Assembly (NCBI GenBank): GCA_016935735.1
Contig: JAFGQK010000174.1
Span: forward strand, 10,386 to 74,385
Source of the DNA: Spirochaetales bacterium
GTDB lineage: Bacteria; Spirochaetota; Spirochaetia; SZUA-6; JAFGRV01
Direction of reading: 5' to 3'
DNA: 64,000 nt
A program made the position numbers and the translations under genes. Each line of letters begins with the position of its first letter. Position 1 is the stretch's first letter. Below, in pieces: positions 46,223 through 55,974 of the stretch. The notes under the pieces were generated by a model. That model saw nothing but the letters and a program-made list of their open reading frames with translations. It was not told where the DNA came from and ran no database searches.

Positions 46223-46944
46223 ACAGATTACCACTTCTTTTTCTCGATTTTGATGGTGTCATCTGTGATTCTCTTGATGAATGCATCGCAAGCTCACTTT
46301 ATGCCTATTTCAATCTGTTATTGAATAAGGGAATAACAAGCCTTCCCATTGATTATAAAAAACGGTTTGCATTACTCCGGCCATATGTCCGGAATGGCGA
46401 GGATTATCTTGTTATTCAGCAGATACTCAAGGATAACATTCATATAAAAGATCAAATACATTTTGACGATATCCTTTTAAAATACAGAGACAAAATGGCA
46501 TTTTATAAGGAGCTTTTTTATAAAGCAAGAAGCCTTTTTATTGAAAAAGATCCCGGTTTCTGGTTCAGCCTTAACAGGATATACCCTCATATACTCCATT
46601 CCCTTTCAAAAGCCTCCGCATCACCTTATTGTTTTATACTCTCGACAAAACGATCCGATTTTATTCATACCATTCTTAAACAAAACAGGATAAGTATGCC
46701 GGAAGATCATATCCTTGTTGCATGGAACATAAAAAAACTCGATCTTATTTCATCTCTTCTTGATAAAGGAAACTATCCTGCTGCTCTTTTTGTCGATGAC
46801 CAGATCGATCATCTTAAAAAAAACAACGATGTAAGGATTACCACTTACCTGGCGAAATGGGGCTATATTCAAAAGGAGTGGCTTGACCGGGAAGTAAAGA
46901 CAATAGATGAAGAAGAGATGGCGGAAATCATGATGAGGTATTGA
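46219..46944 (+). CDS. HAD-superfamily hydrolase.
   Basis: Motif I is 'LFLDFDGVICDS'. The start overlaps the stop of the LarC-N gene by 4 nt. Confidence 0.5.
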   Translation: MNRLPLLFLDFDGVICDSLDECIASSLYAYFNLLLNKGITSLPIDYKKRFALLRPYVRNGEDYLVIQQILKDNIHIKDQIHFDDILLKYRDKMAFYKELFYKARSLFIEKDPGFWFSLNRIYPHILHSLSKASASPYCFILSTKRSDFIHTILKQNRISMPEDHILVAWNIKKLDLISSLLDKGNYPAALFVDDQIDHLKKNNDVRITTYLAKWGYIQKEWLDREVKTIDEEEMAEIMMRY

Positions 46945-46962
46945 AAGATACCTTGTATAAAG

Positions 46963-48210
46963 CTATATTATATGATGTTTTTTCCCGACTTCCTCGAGGA
47001 CGTCCAGGGCCTTATCCAGGCAGGATTTTGTCAGGGTGGACATAAGACTCAGGCGGATACGTGCCTGACCTTGCGGGACAGCCGGATAAAAAACAGAATT
47101 AAGGAAAATTTCTTTTTCATGAATTTCTGTTGCCATTTTTCGTAATGTAATTTCCTCCCCGACATGAATGGGTATTATTGCCGAATGTGATTGACCAATA
47201 TTGAAACCGAGTGATGTGAGATTTTCCTTCATATAATTGATATTCTTCCAGAGGTTCTCCCGTAATTGGGGTTCCTTTTCCAGGATATCGATGGCCTTTG
47301 AAACACAGGCAGCAATGACCGGGGAAAGCGAAGCGGAAAAGAAATAAGACCGTGAATAAAAACGGAGGTAATTTATCACTTCTTTTGTCGAGCAAATAAA
47401 TCCGCCCATCGCCCCGAGGGTCTTGCTGAAAGTACCCATCACGATATCTATTTTTCCTTCCAGGTCAAAGTACTCAATAGTACCACGCCCGCGTTTACCC
47501 AGGATACCGGTTGCATGTGCCTCATCGACCATAAGCCGGGCATTATACACATCGGTCAAATTTTTTATTTTATCAAGGAGTGAAAGATCGCCATCCATAC
47601 TATACACTCCTTCCACAACAACCAGTTTTCCCTTATCTCTCGTGTTTTTTAATATGCTTTCCAGTTTGTTTGTATTATTATGCCCAAAACTCCTGAATTG
47701 TGCACCGGAAAAAAGCGCACCGTCTATTATACTCGCATGATTGAACCGGTCCGAAATAACAACATCATCTTTCCTTAAAAGTGCTGTAATTACCCCGATA
47801 TTGGTGGAAAAACCTGTCGGGAAAACCATCGCATCCTCGCAGGATTTATATGCAGCGAGTTTCTCTTCCAGTTCCCTGTGAAGTGCGGAATATCCGCAAA
47901 GAAGAGGGGAGCCGCCCAACCCCGGACCATACTGACCCAGCGCTTCCTGTCCTGCTTTTATTACTTCCGGGTGTGAAGACAACCCCAGGTAATTATTTGA
48001 AGCGAGCATAATCATTTTTTTCTTTTTCCCGGTGTACCTGTCCAGGATTGTCACCTCCGGATTACAGGAGGTAAGAAGGGTGCGAAAATAAGTAAAATAT
48101 TTCTTTGCTATATAATCTTCTGCATATTCATAAAAAAAATGTGCCTTTTTAAAAATATCAGGATCATTATACTCTATAAAATCGACCAGTGAATAGTTAT
48201 CCGAATCCAT
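46963..48210 (-). CDS. PLP-dependent alpha-oxoamine synthase family acyltransferase (BioF/Kbl/serine palmitoyltransferase-like).
   Basis: The PLP-lysine motif is 'GTFSKTLGAMGGF'. The protein is 415 aa with a fold-type I aminotransferase pattern. Confidence 0.75.
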   Translation of the reverse strand: MDSDNYSLVDFIEYNDPDIFKKAHFFYEYAEDYIAKKYFTYFRTLLTSCNPEVTILDRYTGKKKKMIMLASNNYLGLSSHPEVIKAGQEALGQYGPGLGGSPLLCGYSALHRELEEKLAAYKSCEDAMVFPTGFSTNIGVITALLRKDDVVISDRFNHASIIDGALFSGAQFRSFGHNNTNKLESILKNTRDKGKLVVVEGVYSMDGDLSLLDKIKNLTDVYNARLMVDEAHATGILGKRGRGTIEYFDLEGKIDIVMGTFSKTLGAMGGFICSTKEVINYLRFYSRSYFFSASLSPVIAACVSKAIDILEKEPQLRENLWKNINYMKENLTSLGFNIGQSHSAIIPIHVGEEITLRKMATEIHEKEIFLNSVFYPAVPQGQARIRLSLMSTLTKSCLDKALDVLEEVGKKHHII

Positions 48211-48294
48211 AATTTACCATCTTCCTTTCATCACCTGTTTATAGTATCCGTCTTTCGATTTATTACCCTTTTCCGGGCTTTGAGGATAGTGCTG

Positions 48295-48660
48295 TTAACA
48301 GAACCAGCCATAAATATGGTTCAGATTAAAAAATTCCTCTAACCGTTCTTTATCTGTATTGTTGATTTTAGCCGTGTCTATCTGTATCCCCATGCCGCCG
48401 ATTGCAGTATCATCAGGAATGACATTTCTCACCTCTCCTTCCAGGTGGAGGGGTAATTTTTCTTCCGGAAGATACACATCGATGTAGACCTGTGTACTTA
48501 CCGGGAAAACGAATTCTGTCTCGACATAAAGCCCGGTGCGTGAAAAATTGGTAACAATACCATCTTTCTGCCGGTCATCCGATTTTAGTTTTCTGAAAGA
48601 TGCGGTAACAGCAGTCCGTATACGCGGATCTTTCCTGCTCTTAAACACATTATTTTCCAT
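48295..48660 (-). CDS. PilZ-domain protein (putative c-di-GMP receptor).
   Basis: 'RKDPRIRTAV' (an RxxxR-like motif) and 'TNFSRTGLYVET' (D/NxSxxG-like) are present in a 121-aa protein. Confidence 0.45.
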   Translation of the reverse strand: MENNVFKSRKDPRIRTAVTASFRKLKSDDRQKDGIVTNFSRTGLYVETEFVFPVSTQVYIDVYLPEEKLPLHLEGEVRNVIPDDTAIGGMGIQIDTAKINNTDKERLEEFFNLNHIYGWFC

Positions 48661-48670
48661 ATCCCTCCTT

Positions 48671-50020
48671 TTAGCTTCCGATTGAAAATGGATGATTTCC
48701 CTTTTTGTTCACTACAAACCAGGTATAAAAAGAGAAAAAAAGCTCTTCATGAAAGAGATCCCTGGGAAAGAATTTTATATATTCCCGCTTGAAATTCCAC
48801 AACCGTCCGAAACTGGCCTTTAAACTGTAGAACTTGCGGTAGGCTTCCCAGTAACTATTCATAAGTTCTTCCGGGGTTATTTTTTCCGGCTGGATAGTAA
48901 CATGAACACCATCATAGTGAGACCAATCATAATCCATTATCCTGCCTGCTTTTTCCATATCCTCCCGGAGTTTTGTGCCCGGAAAGGGAGTGATAAGAAA
49001 AATAAAAAGGTAGTTGATATCCCATTCTAAAATCGTATCGATCGTTCGTTTAAGAGTATCCACCGTATCATTATCAAGTCCAAACATCATGGAAACCTGG
49101 GCAAGGATGCCCACGTCTTTAAGCATTTTGAAGAGATTTTTATATTCTTCCACTTTATTAAAACTTTTATTTACATTACTCAAGTTAACAGGATCAATTG
49201 ACTCGATGCCCATGAAATTCTCATGGCACCCTGCTTTTGCCGCCAATTCAATCATGTCCGGGTATTTTCCTATACCTGTACTCATCTGGCAGGCCCACCG
49301 TTTTTTCAGGGGAATCAGTGCTTTCATCAATTCCCTGGCATAGCCGGGATCTGCAAAAACATTATCATCAACAAAAAGAAATCTGGAAGGATCATTACTT
49401 ATAATCTCATTAATAACAGACGCAATAGGTTTTTTTCTTATTATACGGCCCATAAATTTATGAACAACGCAGAAAGAACAATTATGGGGACAACCTCTTG
49501 TGGTCTGAATCGGAAGGATGGGCGTTTTCGCAAAGGGCGCGATAACATAGTTTTTATAGTTCAATTTATGAAAGCATGGTATAACCGGATTGGAAAGATC
49601 GGTGAAATCTTTTGATTGATATTTCCTTTTTAATTTCTTTTTTTCCGCATCCCGGAGTATATCCTCCCAGATATTTTCCGCTTCACCAATTGCAACAGCA
49701 TCAAAATGCTTGAGGGCTTCATCCGGACACATGGAAGCATGAACCCCGCCTATGATGGTCTGGATTCCTCTTTCCCGAAATTCATCTCCAATTCTATACG
49801 CACCAGTGGCCTGGCTTGTCTGACTGGTCACTGCTACCAGATCCACCTGTTCATTAAAGTCAATATCTTCCACGAATCCTTCCGTAATTCGGAGGTCTAC
49901 ATCTGAAGGGGTTAATCCGGCCAGGGTTGGGAGTGTTAAAGTAGGAAGAAAAAGCTTTTTATACCTGATAAATTCACCATTATTTCCCAGTTGTGGAGCC
50001 TGTATTAATCGAACCTTCAT
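48671..50020 (-). CDS. B12-binding-domain radical SAM enzyme.
   Basis: The CxxxCxxC motif is 'GCPHNCSFC'. An N-terminal cobalamin-binding-like Rossmann region ('DLVAVTSQTSQ...IIGGVHAS') is present. Confidence 0.8.
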   Translation of the reverse strand: MKVRLIQAPQLGNNGEFIRYKKLFLPTLTLPTLAGLTPSDVDLRITEGFVEDIDFNEQVDLVAVTSQTSQATGAYRIGDEFRERGIQTIIGGVHASMCPDEALKHFDAVAIGEAENIWEDILRDAEKKKLKRKYQSKDFTDLSNPVIPCFHKLNYKNYVIAPFAKTPILPIQTTRGCPHNCSFCVVHKFMGRIIRKKPIASVINEIISNDPSRFLFVDDNVFADPGYARELMKALIPLKKRWACQMSTGIGKYPDMIELAAKAGCHENFMGIESIDPVNLSNVNKSFNKVEEYKNLFKMLKDVGILAQVSMMFGLDNDTVDTLKRTIDTILEWDINYLFIFLITPFPGTKLREDMEKAGRIMDYDWSHYDGVHVTIQPEKITPEELMNSYWEAYRKFYSLKASFGRLWNFKREYIKFFPRDLFHEELFFSFYTWFVVNKKGNHPFSIGS

Positions 50021-50315
50021 AGTTTCCTTTCCGTAAAAAAATTGATATTGGGCCTCCCCTGAAATAATCCAGTACTAATAAAAGTATAATAAATAAGAAA
50101 ATAATTCGCAAATAAATTTCTCCGGGAGAGTGAACAAACCCTGTTTTATAAAAAAAAATATTACTTCATTTGCTTTTTACCTCCAAAATTCATTATTATT
50201 TACAATGATAATTAGTTTTAAAGGCCAAAAGAGATTGTATTATTAAAGTGAGAAGGCCGAAATTGTTACTGGTTTTGAAAATATAAGAATATCTGAAATA
50301 GAATTTTGAAGAGTT

Positions 50316-52730
50316 GTGACGACAATGAAGAATATAGATTTTACTAAAATTGATAAAAAGAAAGCCGAACTCTCGGTCGGATTAATTAAGCCTTTCTTAC
50401 TCTACCTGGAATATAAATATAACCGTAAATTTCTCGAAGAATTTATTGCTGAAACGGATATGGATCTGGAATTTCTGGAAAATAGCGGCAACTGGATATC
50501 TTTTGAATATTATACAAAGTTTTTAGAGAAAATAGTACAATTTACCGGGAGTCAACGGGTTTTCAATGAAGCTGCCAAATATATCCTCACAGGGAAAACA
50601 TTTGGTCTGCTTTCTCCTCTTCTTATTGTGACCAAATTTTTCGGGCACCCGGGTATGGCATATAAACAATTGGGAAAAATAGGAGGGGCGATAAATAACG
50701 TTGGGAAATACAGTGTATTATTATTATCAAAGCGTAAGGTCCTTGTTAAATGCACCACCTTCCCCGGTTATAAACAGACCAAGTATAATTGTAATACAAT
50801 GAAAAGCTTTTTTTCCGTTGTTCCCTGTTTCTGGAATCTCCCGGCTGCAAAAGTAAGAGAACTCCAGTGTGCAGTGCGCAGCGGTGATACATGTGTTTAT
50901 GAGATAAGCTGGATTCCAAGGCCGATAAGCACATTTCTCTTTGCATTTATAAGCAGTTTTGTTCTTGCAGCAGAGATTGTGTATTTCTTTTTACAGAAAA
51001 ACAATTTATTTAAGCTGGATTATATTTTTTTTACGGTATTCGGACTTTTTATCTACTATCTCTTGAGGCGGATTTTCCATTACAAAAATATGATAAAAGA
51101 AATACAGGAGGTCCAGGAATTAAGGACCACGGATCTGGAGAGAGCGATAGCAAACAGCAAAAGAGAATACATGGAACTCCGGGAAGCAAATGTACAGATT
51201 ATTGAGAAAGCAAATAAACTCTCTATCCTGAATTATATCTCTGAAGAAATCAGTAAAATAGATTCAGAGGAAGAACTCCTTTTTCTTATCATTAAAATAC
51301 TTATTGATTGTATAGGTTTTGAACGTGGATACTTTTTCTGTTTTAACTCCAACTTTACTTTAGTGGATGAACCAGGGTTTTTTGATAAAGTAACGCATAA
51401 AAAGCAAAAAAAACCGGATCTGGGGACAAACTTGAAAAACCATTCAGTGATTCAGAGTATTTTTACGGATAGAAGACCCCAGGTATTGAGTTCTTCACGG
51501 ATTTTTGAAAATGAAGGAAAAAACGATGAAATTCTCGTGATTCCGCTTTCCATTCATAAAATCTTTTTTTACCTTGTTATTTTTGATAATGCATCCTCGG
51601 GGCAGAATATAAAAGAAAAGAATCTGCAATTCTTTGCTACCGTTGGAAGACAGCTGGAAATTGCTTTGAATAATATCTATGCTACCAAAGCAGCACACAA
51701 TGTTCTTTCAAGCATTCCCTCCACCATTGTCGTATTTGACAGGAATTCATTAAAGATTTCCTATGTGAATACTGCTTACTTAAGACGTTTCCAGGTAACA
51801 AAGAAACAGGTTTTGGGTGAAAATGTTCTTTCAGTCCTGGAAATACCGGAACATTATAAGGAAAAATTCCTATCCCAGGTTGAAAATATCCAGATGATCG
51901 ATTTTATTCACGATCAAGAGTTCCAGACCGGTCTAAGGATTATCGGTTATACAATCTTCAAAATGCCGGAGGGTATCGGGGGAAAAAATGAAATCGGTAT
52001 TATTATGAAGGATATAACCAAGCAGAAGGATTTACAGGAACAACTTATAAGGGGGGAAAAACTGGCTGCATTGGGCACTCTTGCATCGGGGATAGCACAT
52101 GAGATAAACAATCCGCTTTATGGTATTCTTGGTACAGCAGAGGTCATTGTTGATGAATCGAAATCCGAAGAGGTAAAGGATCTGGCAAAGGAGATTATCG
52201 ATTTTACGATGCAGTGTTCAGATATTGTGAAAGATCTTTCTGCATACTCCCGGAGTCTGCGGGAGGAAAAGAAAATGGAAATAGATGTTAATAATATTCT
52301 TGACGAGACAATAAGGATTATCAGATATAGTCCCCAATTCATTAATATAGAAATAAAGAAAGAATTTGATAATATCCCTGTGCTTTATGCACTGGGCGGT
52401 GAGATACGCCAGATATTTATGAATATCATCAACAATGCAATCCAGGCTATGCAGGGAAGAGGAAAACTTGTTATTAGTACACATTTTGTCGATGGTTTTA
52501 TTCAAATCCTGATTAAAGATACAGGTCCGGGAATTCCCAGGAATCTGCTTTCAAAGATATTTGATCCTTTTTTTACTACCAAAGCAACAGGAGAAGGAAC
52601 AGGAATAGGGTTGAATATTGTTTACAGGCTTGTAACGAAATACAATGGGTTTATATCGGTAAACAGTGAAAAAGGGGAAGGTGCGGAATTTATTATAAAA
52701 TTTCCGGCAAAGGTAAAAGAGCCGGCATAA
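50316..52730 (+). CDS. Multidomain sensor histidine kinase (N-terminal unknown sensor domain, two TM helices, GAF-like, PAS, HisKA, HATPase_c).
   Basis: The H-box 'HEINNPLYGILG', 'NIINNAIQA', 'DTGPGI' and 'GTGIGLNIVYRLV' are present, with hydrophobic helices near residues 205-245. Confidence 0.85.
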   Translation: MTTMKNIDFTKIDKKKAELSVGLIKPFLLYLEYKYNRKFLEEFIAETDMDLEFLENSGNWISFEYYTKFLEKIVQFTGSQRVFNEAAKYILTGKTFGLLSPLLIVTKFFGHPGMAYKQLGKIGGAINNVGKYSVLLLSKRKVLVKCTTFPGYKQTKYNCNTMKSFFSVVPCFWNLPAAKVRELQCAVRSGDTCVYEISWIPRPISTFLFAFISSFVLAAEIVYFFLQKNNLFKLDYIFFTVFGLFIYYLLRRIFHYKNMIKEIQEVQELRTTDLERAIANSKREYMELREANVQIIEKANKLSILNYISEEISKIDSEEELLFLIIKILIDCIGFERGYFFCFNSNFTLVDEPGFFDKVTHKKQKKPDLGTNLKNHSVIQSIFTDRRPQVLSSSRIFENEGKNDEILVIPLSIHKIFFYLVIFDNASSGQNIKEKNLQFFATVGRQLEIALNNIYATKAAHNVLSSIPSTIVVFDRNSLKISYVNTAYLRRFQVTKKQVLGENVLSVLEIPEHYKEKFLSQVENIQMIDFIHDQEFQTGLRIIGYTIFKMPEGIGGKNEIGIIMKDITKQKDLQEQLIRGEKLAALGTLASGIAHEINNPLYGILGTAEVIVDESKSEEVKDLAKEIIDFTMQCSDIVKDLSAYSRSLREEKKMEIDVNNILDETIRIIRYSPQFINIEIKKEFDNIPVLYALGGEIRQIFMNIINNAIQAMQGRGKLVISTHFVDGFIQILIKDTGPGIPRNLLSKIFDPFFTTKATGEGTGIGLNIVYRLVTKYNGFISVNSEKGEGAEFIIKFPAKVKEPA

Positions 52731-52766
52731 TATCCCTTTATTTCAGATGCAAAGGAAGTATCTGTT

Positions 52767-53135
52767 ATGAAAAATTTGCTTATAATTGACGATGACGAGC
52801 GAATCAGAAAAATAATGAGGATTCAATTGCATACTGAATATAATGTGTACGATGCAGAAAAAAAGGATATTGCATTCCAAATTCTTACAACTGTTCCTGT
52901 TGATGTTATTATATGTGATATAAAAATGAAGGATTCGAATGGATTTGTAATCCTGAAAGAGTTAAAGGAAAAATATCCCGATATTCCGGTTATTATGCTT
53001 ACCGGTTTTATTGATAAGAGTATGTCTGATAAAGCAAAGAAAATGGGATGTTTTGATTTTATTACAAAACCGGTAAGAAGAGAAAAGTTGAAAATGACGA
53101 TAAACAAAGCCTTGCAGAAGGAAATGTTGCATTAA
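52767..53135 (+). CDS. Single-domain response regulator (CheY-like receiver).
   Basis: The receiver fold is recognisable, and Asp is in 'VIICDIKMKDSNG'. Confidence 0.75.
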   Translation: MKNLLIIDDDERIRKIMRIQLHTEYNVYDAEKKDIAFQILTTVPVDVIICDIKMKDSNGFVILKELKEKYPDIPVIMLTGFIDKSMSDKAKKMGCFDFITKPVRREKLKMTINKALQKEMLH

Positions 53136-53156
53136 GAAATGCTATGGAGGTAGGGA

Positions 53157-53582
53157 ATGGCTGATTCAGACAGGTATGATTTTTTTGAAGAACCGCCTTT
53201 GCATGTGCCCGGACCGGAAACAAAAAAGGTACTTGTCATCGATGATATTACGTATGTCGTCAGGTCAATTTCACGTATATTGCGTTCCCAGGGCTATTAT
53301 GTAATTACTGCCATGACAGGAAAAGAGGCTTTAAGTAAATTTGAAAAATATAGACCGGATCTCCTGACCGTCGATCAGAAACTCCCTGATATGTCGGGGC
53401 TCCAACTCGTTGAAAAAATAAGAAAGCTCTTCGGGGGTGAAAGAGTGAAGGTTATTTTTATTTCTGCGGTTCAGGAAAAAGAGGAGATCAGAGCGATTCT
53501 TAATTCCGGTATTGATAATTACCTGCTGAAACCCTTTAAAAAGGAAATCCTTCTTACCGCAGTAAGAAAATTAATAGGGTAA
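53157..53582 (+). CDS. Single-domain response regulator with a short N-terminal extension.
   Basis: 'VLVIDDITYVVRSI...LLTVDQKLPDMSG' is a receiver domain. Confidence 0.7.
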   Translation: MADSDRYDFFEEPPLHVPGPETKKVLVIDDITYVVRSISRILRSQGYYVITAMTGKEALSKFEKYRPDLLTVDQKLPDMSGLQLVEKIRKLFGGERVKVIFISAVQEKEEIRAILNSGIDNYLLKPFKKEILLTAVRKLIG

Positions 53583-53776
53583 CGGGAGAGGAATCATATC
53601 ATCAGCATTATCCGGCAGATTCTTCATTATGAGCATACATGCACAGCAAAATCACAAAAAAATTCAAACAGCAGATCTGTATTGGAATTTACGATTTTTA
53701 ATAGAGAATCTCTGCCTGAAATGGAATTTCGTTTTTTTCTTAATTTGTATATACTATATAAAGAATAACGAATTAT

Positions 53777-55918
53777 ATGAAGGACAAAGCAGGAGTCTGT
53801 ATGAAAAAACATACCCTAAATCACACACCATTTATTTTGTTCACAATTATATTTATCTTTTCCGGGTGCATGACAGTCCGGGATCCTTTATTTCTGCAAA
53901 AATCCAGAGAAAACAGGAAGGACGGTAAAACCACTACCTATTTTAAAGAACACCCGGTATTACATTCCATTTATGAACTCCATGAAATAGATGAATTACC
54001 CGGTGTTGCAGGGCAAAAATTCGTAACACTCTATCTCCTTACTCTAAAAGAAGAATACCTGCCCATAGGAAACATGACCTTTTGTACCAGGTTTTTCTAC
54101 GATTATTTTACGGAAATCGGATACAGCGAACTTCTCGATAAAATAAAACAGACAGAAGGAAAAAACATGGTGGAAAAGGCCATGAACTATGCAGAAGAAA
54201 CCGGCGAAATTATGGTACTCCTGTCCGGGTATGAAGCGCAGAAACTGGCAAATAAAGGCAGGGATGTGGGGGTGCTGGGAGAATACTATTATGATAAAGC
54301 AGAACAAAAGTACACTGTCCATTACAGTGTTGTCCAGGCATCTAATATCGCATTTGACGAAGAAGGAAATATGGTCCCCTATTGGGTAACAGGTCTTATT
54401 ACAAAACGGAAAGATGCAAACGACCGGTATGGGACAGGCACTTTTCTTGCCCAGGCAGGGATTGCCAATGGACTTATTGATTTTCGCTGGGCATATAATA
54501 CAAAGCTGAACGGTATTATACAGAAGGACAGCAAGGGAAACTTCCGTGGCGGTATTATTTTTATCGTATTCCCGGAAAAAAAGATACCCATACTGGGGCT
54601 TCCCGGCATACCTGTATATTCCCTTACTGTTATGACTGAACCAGCAGAAGCCCTGGTTTATATTGATGGGGTATACAGGGGAACAGGTCCCTGTACAGTC
54701 CAGTTATTAAGAAAAGGAAAGCGTACAGTGGCGGTGACATATCCCGGGTATAAAGAAAAGCTAAAAGAGATTATCCTGGGAGAAATGAAAAAACCTACTT
54801 TATATATAAAACTCGAAGAACAGAAGGGGAGTATCCATATCACAACAGAACCGGAAAAAGCGAAAGTATTTATAAGCGGAAAAGAAGCAGGAACAACTCC
54901 CTGCGATATCCCCGGCCTGCCGGTCGGGGAGTATAAGATAAGCATTCAGCTTCCCGGGTATGTGAGTGTAGGTAAAATCGTGAACGTGGAACAGGATATG
55001 AAAACTGATGTACATTGCATACTGGATAAATATGAAATGATTATGGTAAAAGGCGGGAATTTCCAGCAGGGCGGTAACGGGATTTTGCCTGCCCGTACTG
55101 TTCATGTTGATGATTTCTATATTAATAAGTATGAAATAACTTATGAGCAATATGAATCCTTCTGTACTGATACCGGAAAATTAATGCCCGGTACAGGTGA
55201 ATGGGGAAACCGGAGCAGACCTGTTACCGGTGTAGATTGGTATGATGCAGTCGAGTATTGTAACTGGCTCAGTCTTAAAGAAAACCTGACACCTTGTTAT
55301 GAAATAAAGAAAAATGAACCGGATCCGGATAATAAAAATGCCAATGATACAAAGAAATGGACTGTCACGGCGGTAAAAGATGCAAATGGATACCGGCTCC
55401 CGACAGAAGCAGAATGGGAATATGCTGCAAAAGGCGGGGCTGCGGGCAAGGGATATTTATATGCCGGGAGTAATGAGATCGATCCGGTTGCCTGGTATAA
55501 CGGCAATTCCGGGAAAAAGATTCAACCGGTTGGACAGAAGCAGCCGAACGAGCTTGGACTTTATGATATGAGCGGAAATGTATGGGAATGGTGCGGGGAT
55601 TGGTATGAGGAGATGTATTCTGAACAGTCTTCAGGGGAAAGTAAGTCTGAAGTTTCAAGGGAAAGTCAGTCTGAAGTTCCAGGGGAAAAGCAAGCGGGAA
55701 CCCCGGGAGAAAATCAATCCGGGAACCTGGTAGAAAACCCGTCCGGTCCCGGGGAAGGGACATACCGTGTCCGAAAAGGCGGATCGGCATTCAATACGGA
55801 TGATGAAAACGGGTATCTCCGGGTTTCATCCAGGAATTACCTGGAACCGGATCGCGGGAATGGCTATACTGGATTCAGGGTTGTGCGGCGGATTGATGCG
55901 AAGAAAGCGGATGGGTAA
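53777..55918 (+). CDS. Lipoprotein with two PEGA domains and a C-terminal formylglycine-generating-enzyme (FGE/SUMF1) family domain.
   Basis: The lipobox 'FIFSGC' is present; the likely start is MKKHTL at about 53801. PEGA-like 'VYIDGVYRGTGPCTV' and 'VFISGKEAGTTPCDI' are followed by an FGE-like 'MIMVKGGNFQQGG...RVRKGGSAFN...GYTGFRVVRR'. A Ser/Glu-rich insert is 'SGESKSEVSRESQSEVPGEKQ'. Confidence 0.7.
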   Translation: MKDKAGVCMKKHTLNHTPFILFTIIFIFSGCMTVRDPLFLQKSRENRKDGKTTTYFKEHPVLHSIYELHEIDELPGVAGQKFVTLYLLTLKEEYLPIGNMTFCTRFFYDYFTEIGYSELLDKIKQTEGKNMVEKAMNYAEETGEIMVLLSGYEAQKLANKGRDVGVLGEYYYDKAEQKYTVHYSVVQASNIAFDEEGNMVPYWVTGLITKRKDANDRYGTGTFLAQAGIANGLIDFRWAYNTKLNGIIQKDSKGNFRGGIIFIVFPEKKIPILGLPGIPVYSLTVMTEPAEALVYIDGVYRGTGPCTVQLLRKGKRTVAVTYPGYKEKLKEIILGEMKKPTLYIKLEEQKGSIHITTEPEKAKVFISGKEAGTTPCDIPGLPVGEYKISIQLPGYVSVGKIVNVEQDMKTDVHCILDKYEMIMVKGGNFQQGGNGILPARTVHVDDFYINKYEITYEQYESFCTDTGKLMPGTGEWGNRSRPVTGVDWYDAVEYCNWLSLKENLTPCYEIKKNEPDPDNKNANDTKKWTVTAVKDANGYRLPTEAEWEYAAKGGAAGKGYLYAGSNEIDPVAWYNGNSGKKIQPVGQKQPNELGLYDMSGNVWEWCGDWYEEMYSEQSSGESKSEVSRESQSEVPGEKQAGTPGENQSGNLVENPSGPGEGTYRVRKGGSAFNTDDENGYLRVSSRNYLEPDRGNGYTGFRVVRRIDAKKADG

Positions 55919-55974
55919 GAAAAACAAAGGCTGTATTCATGTAAATGCACACAGCCTTTTTATTCCGCACGATA

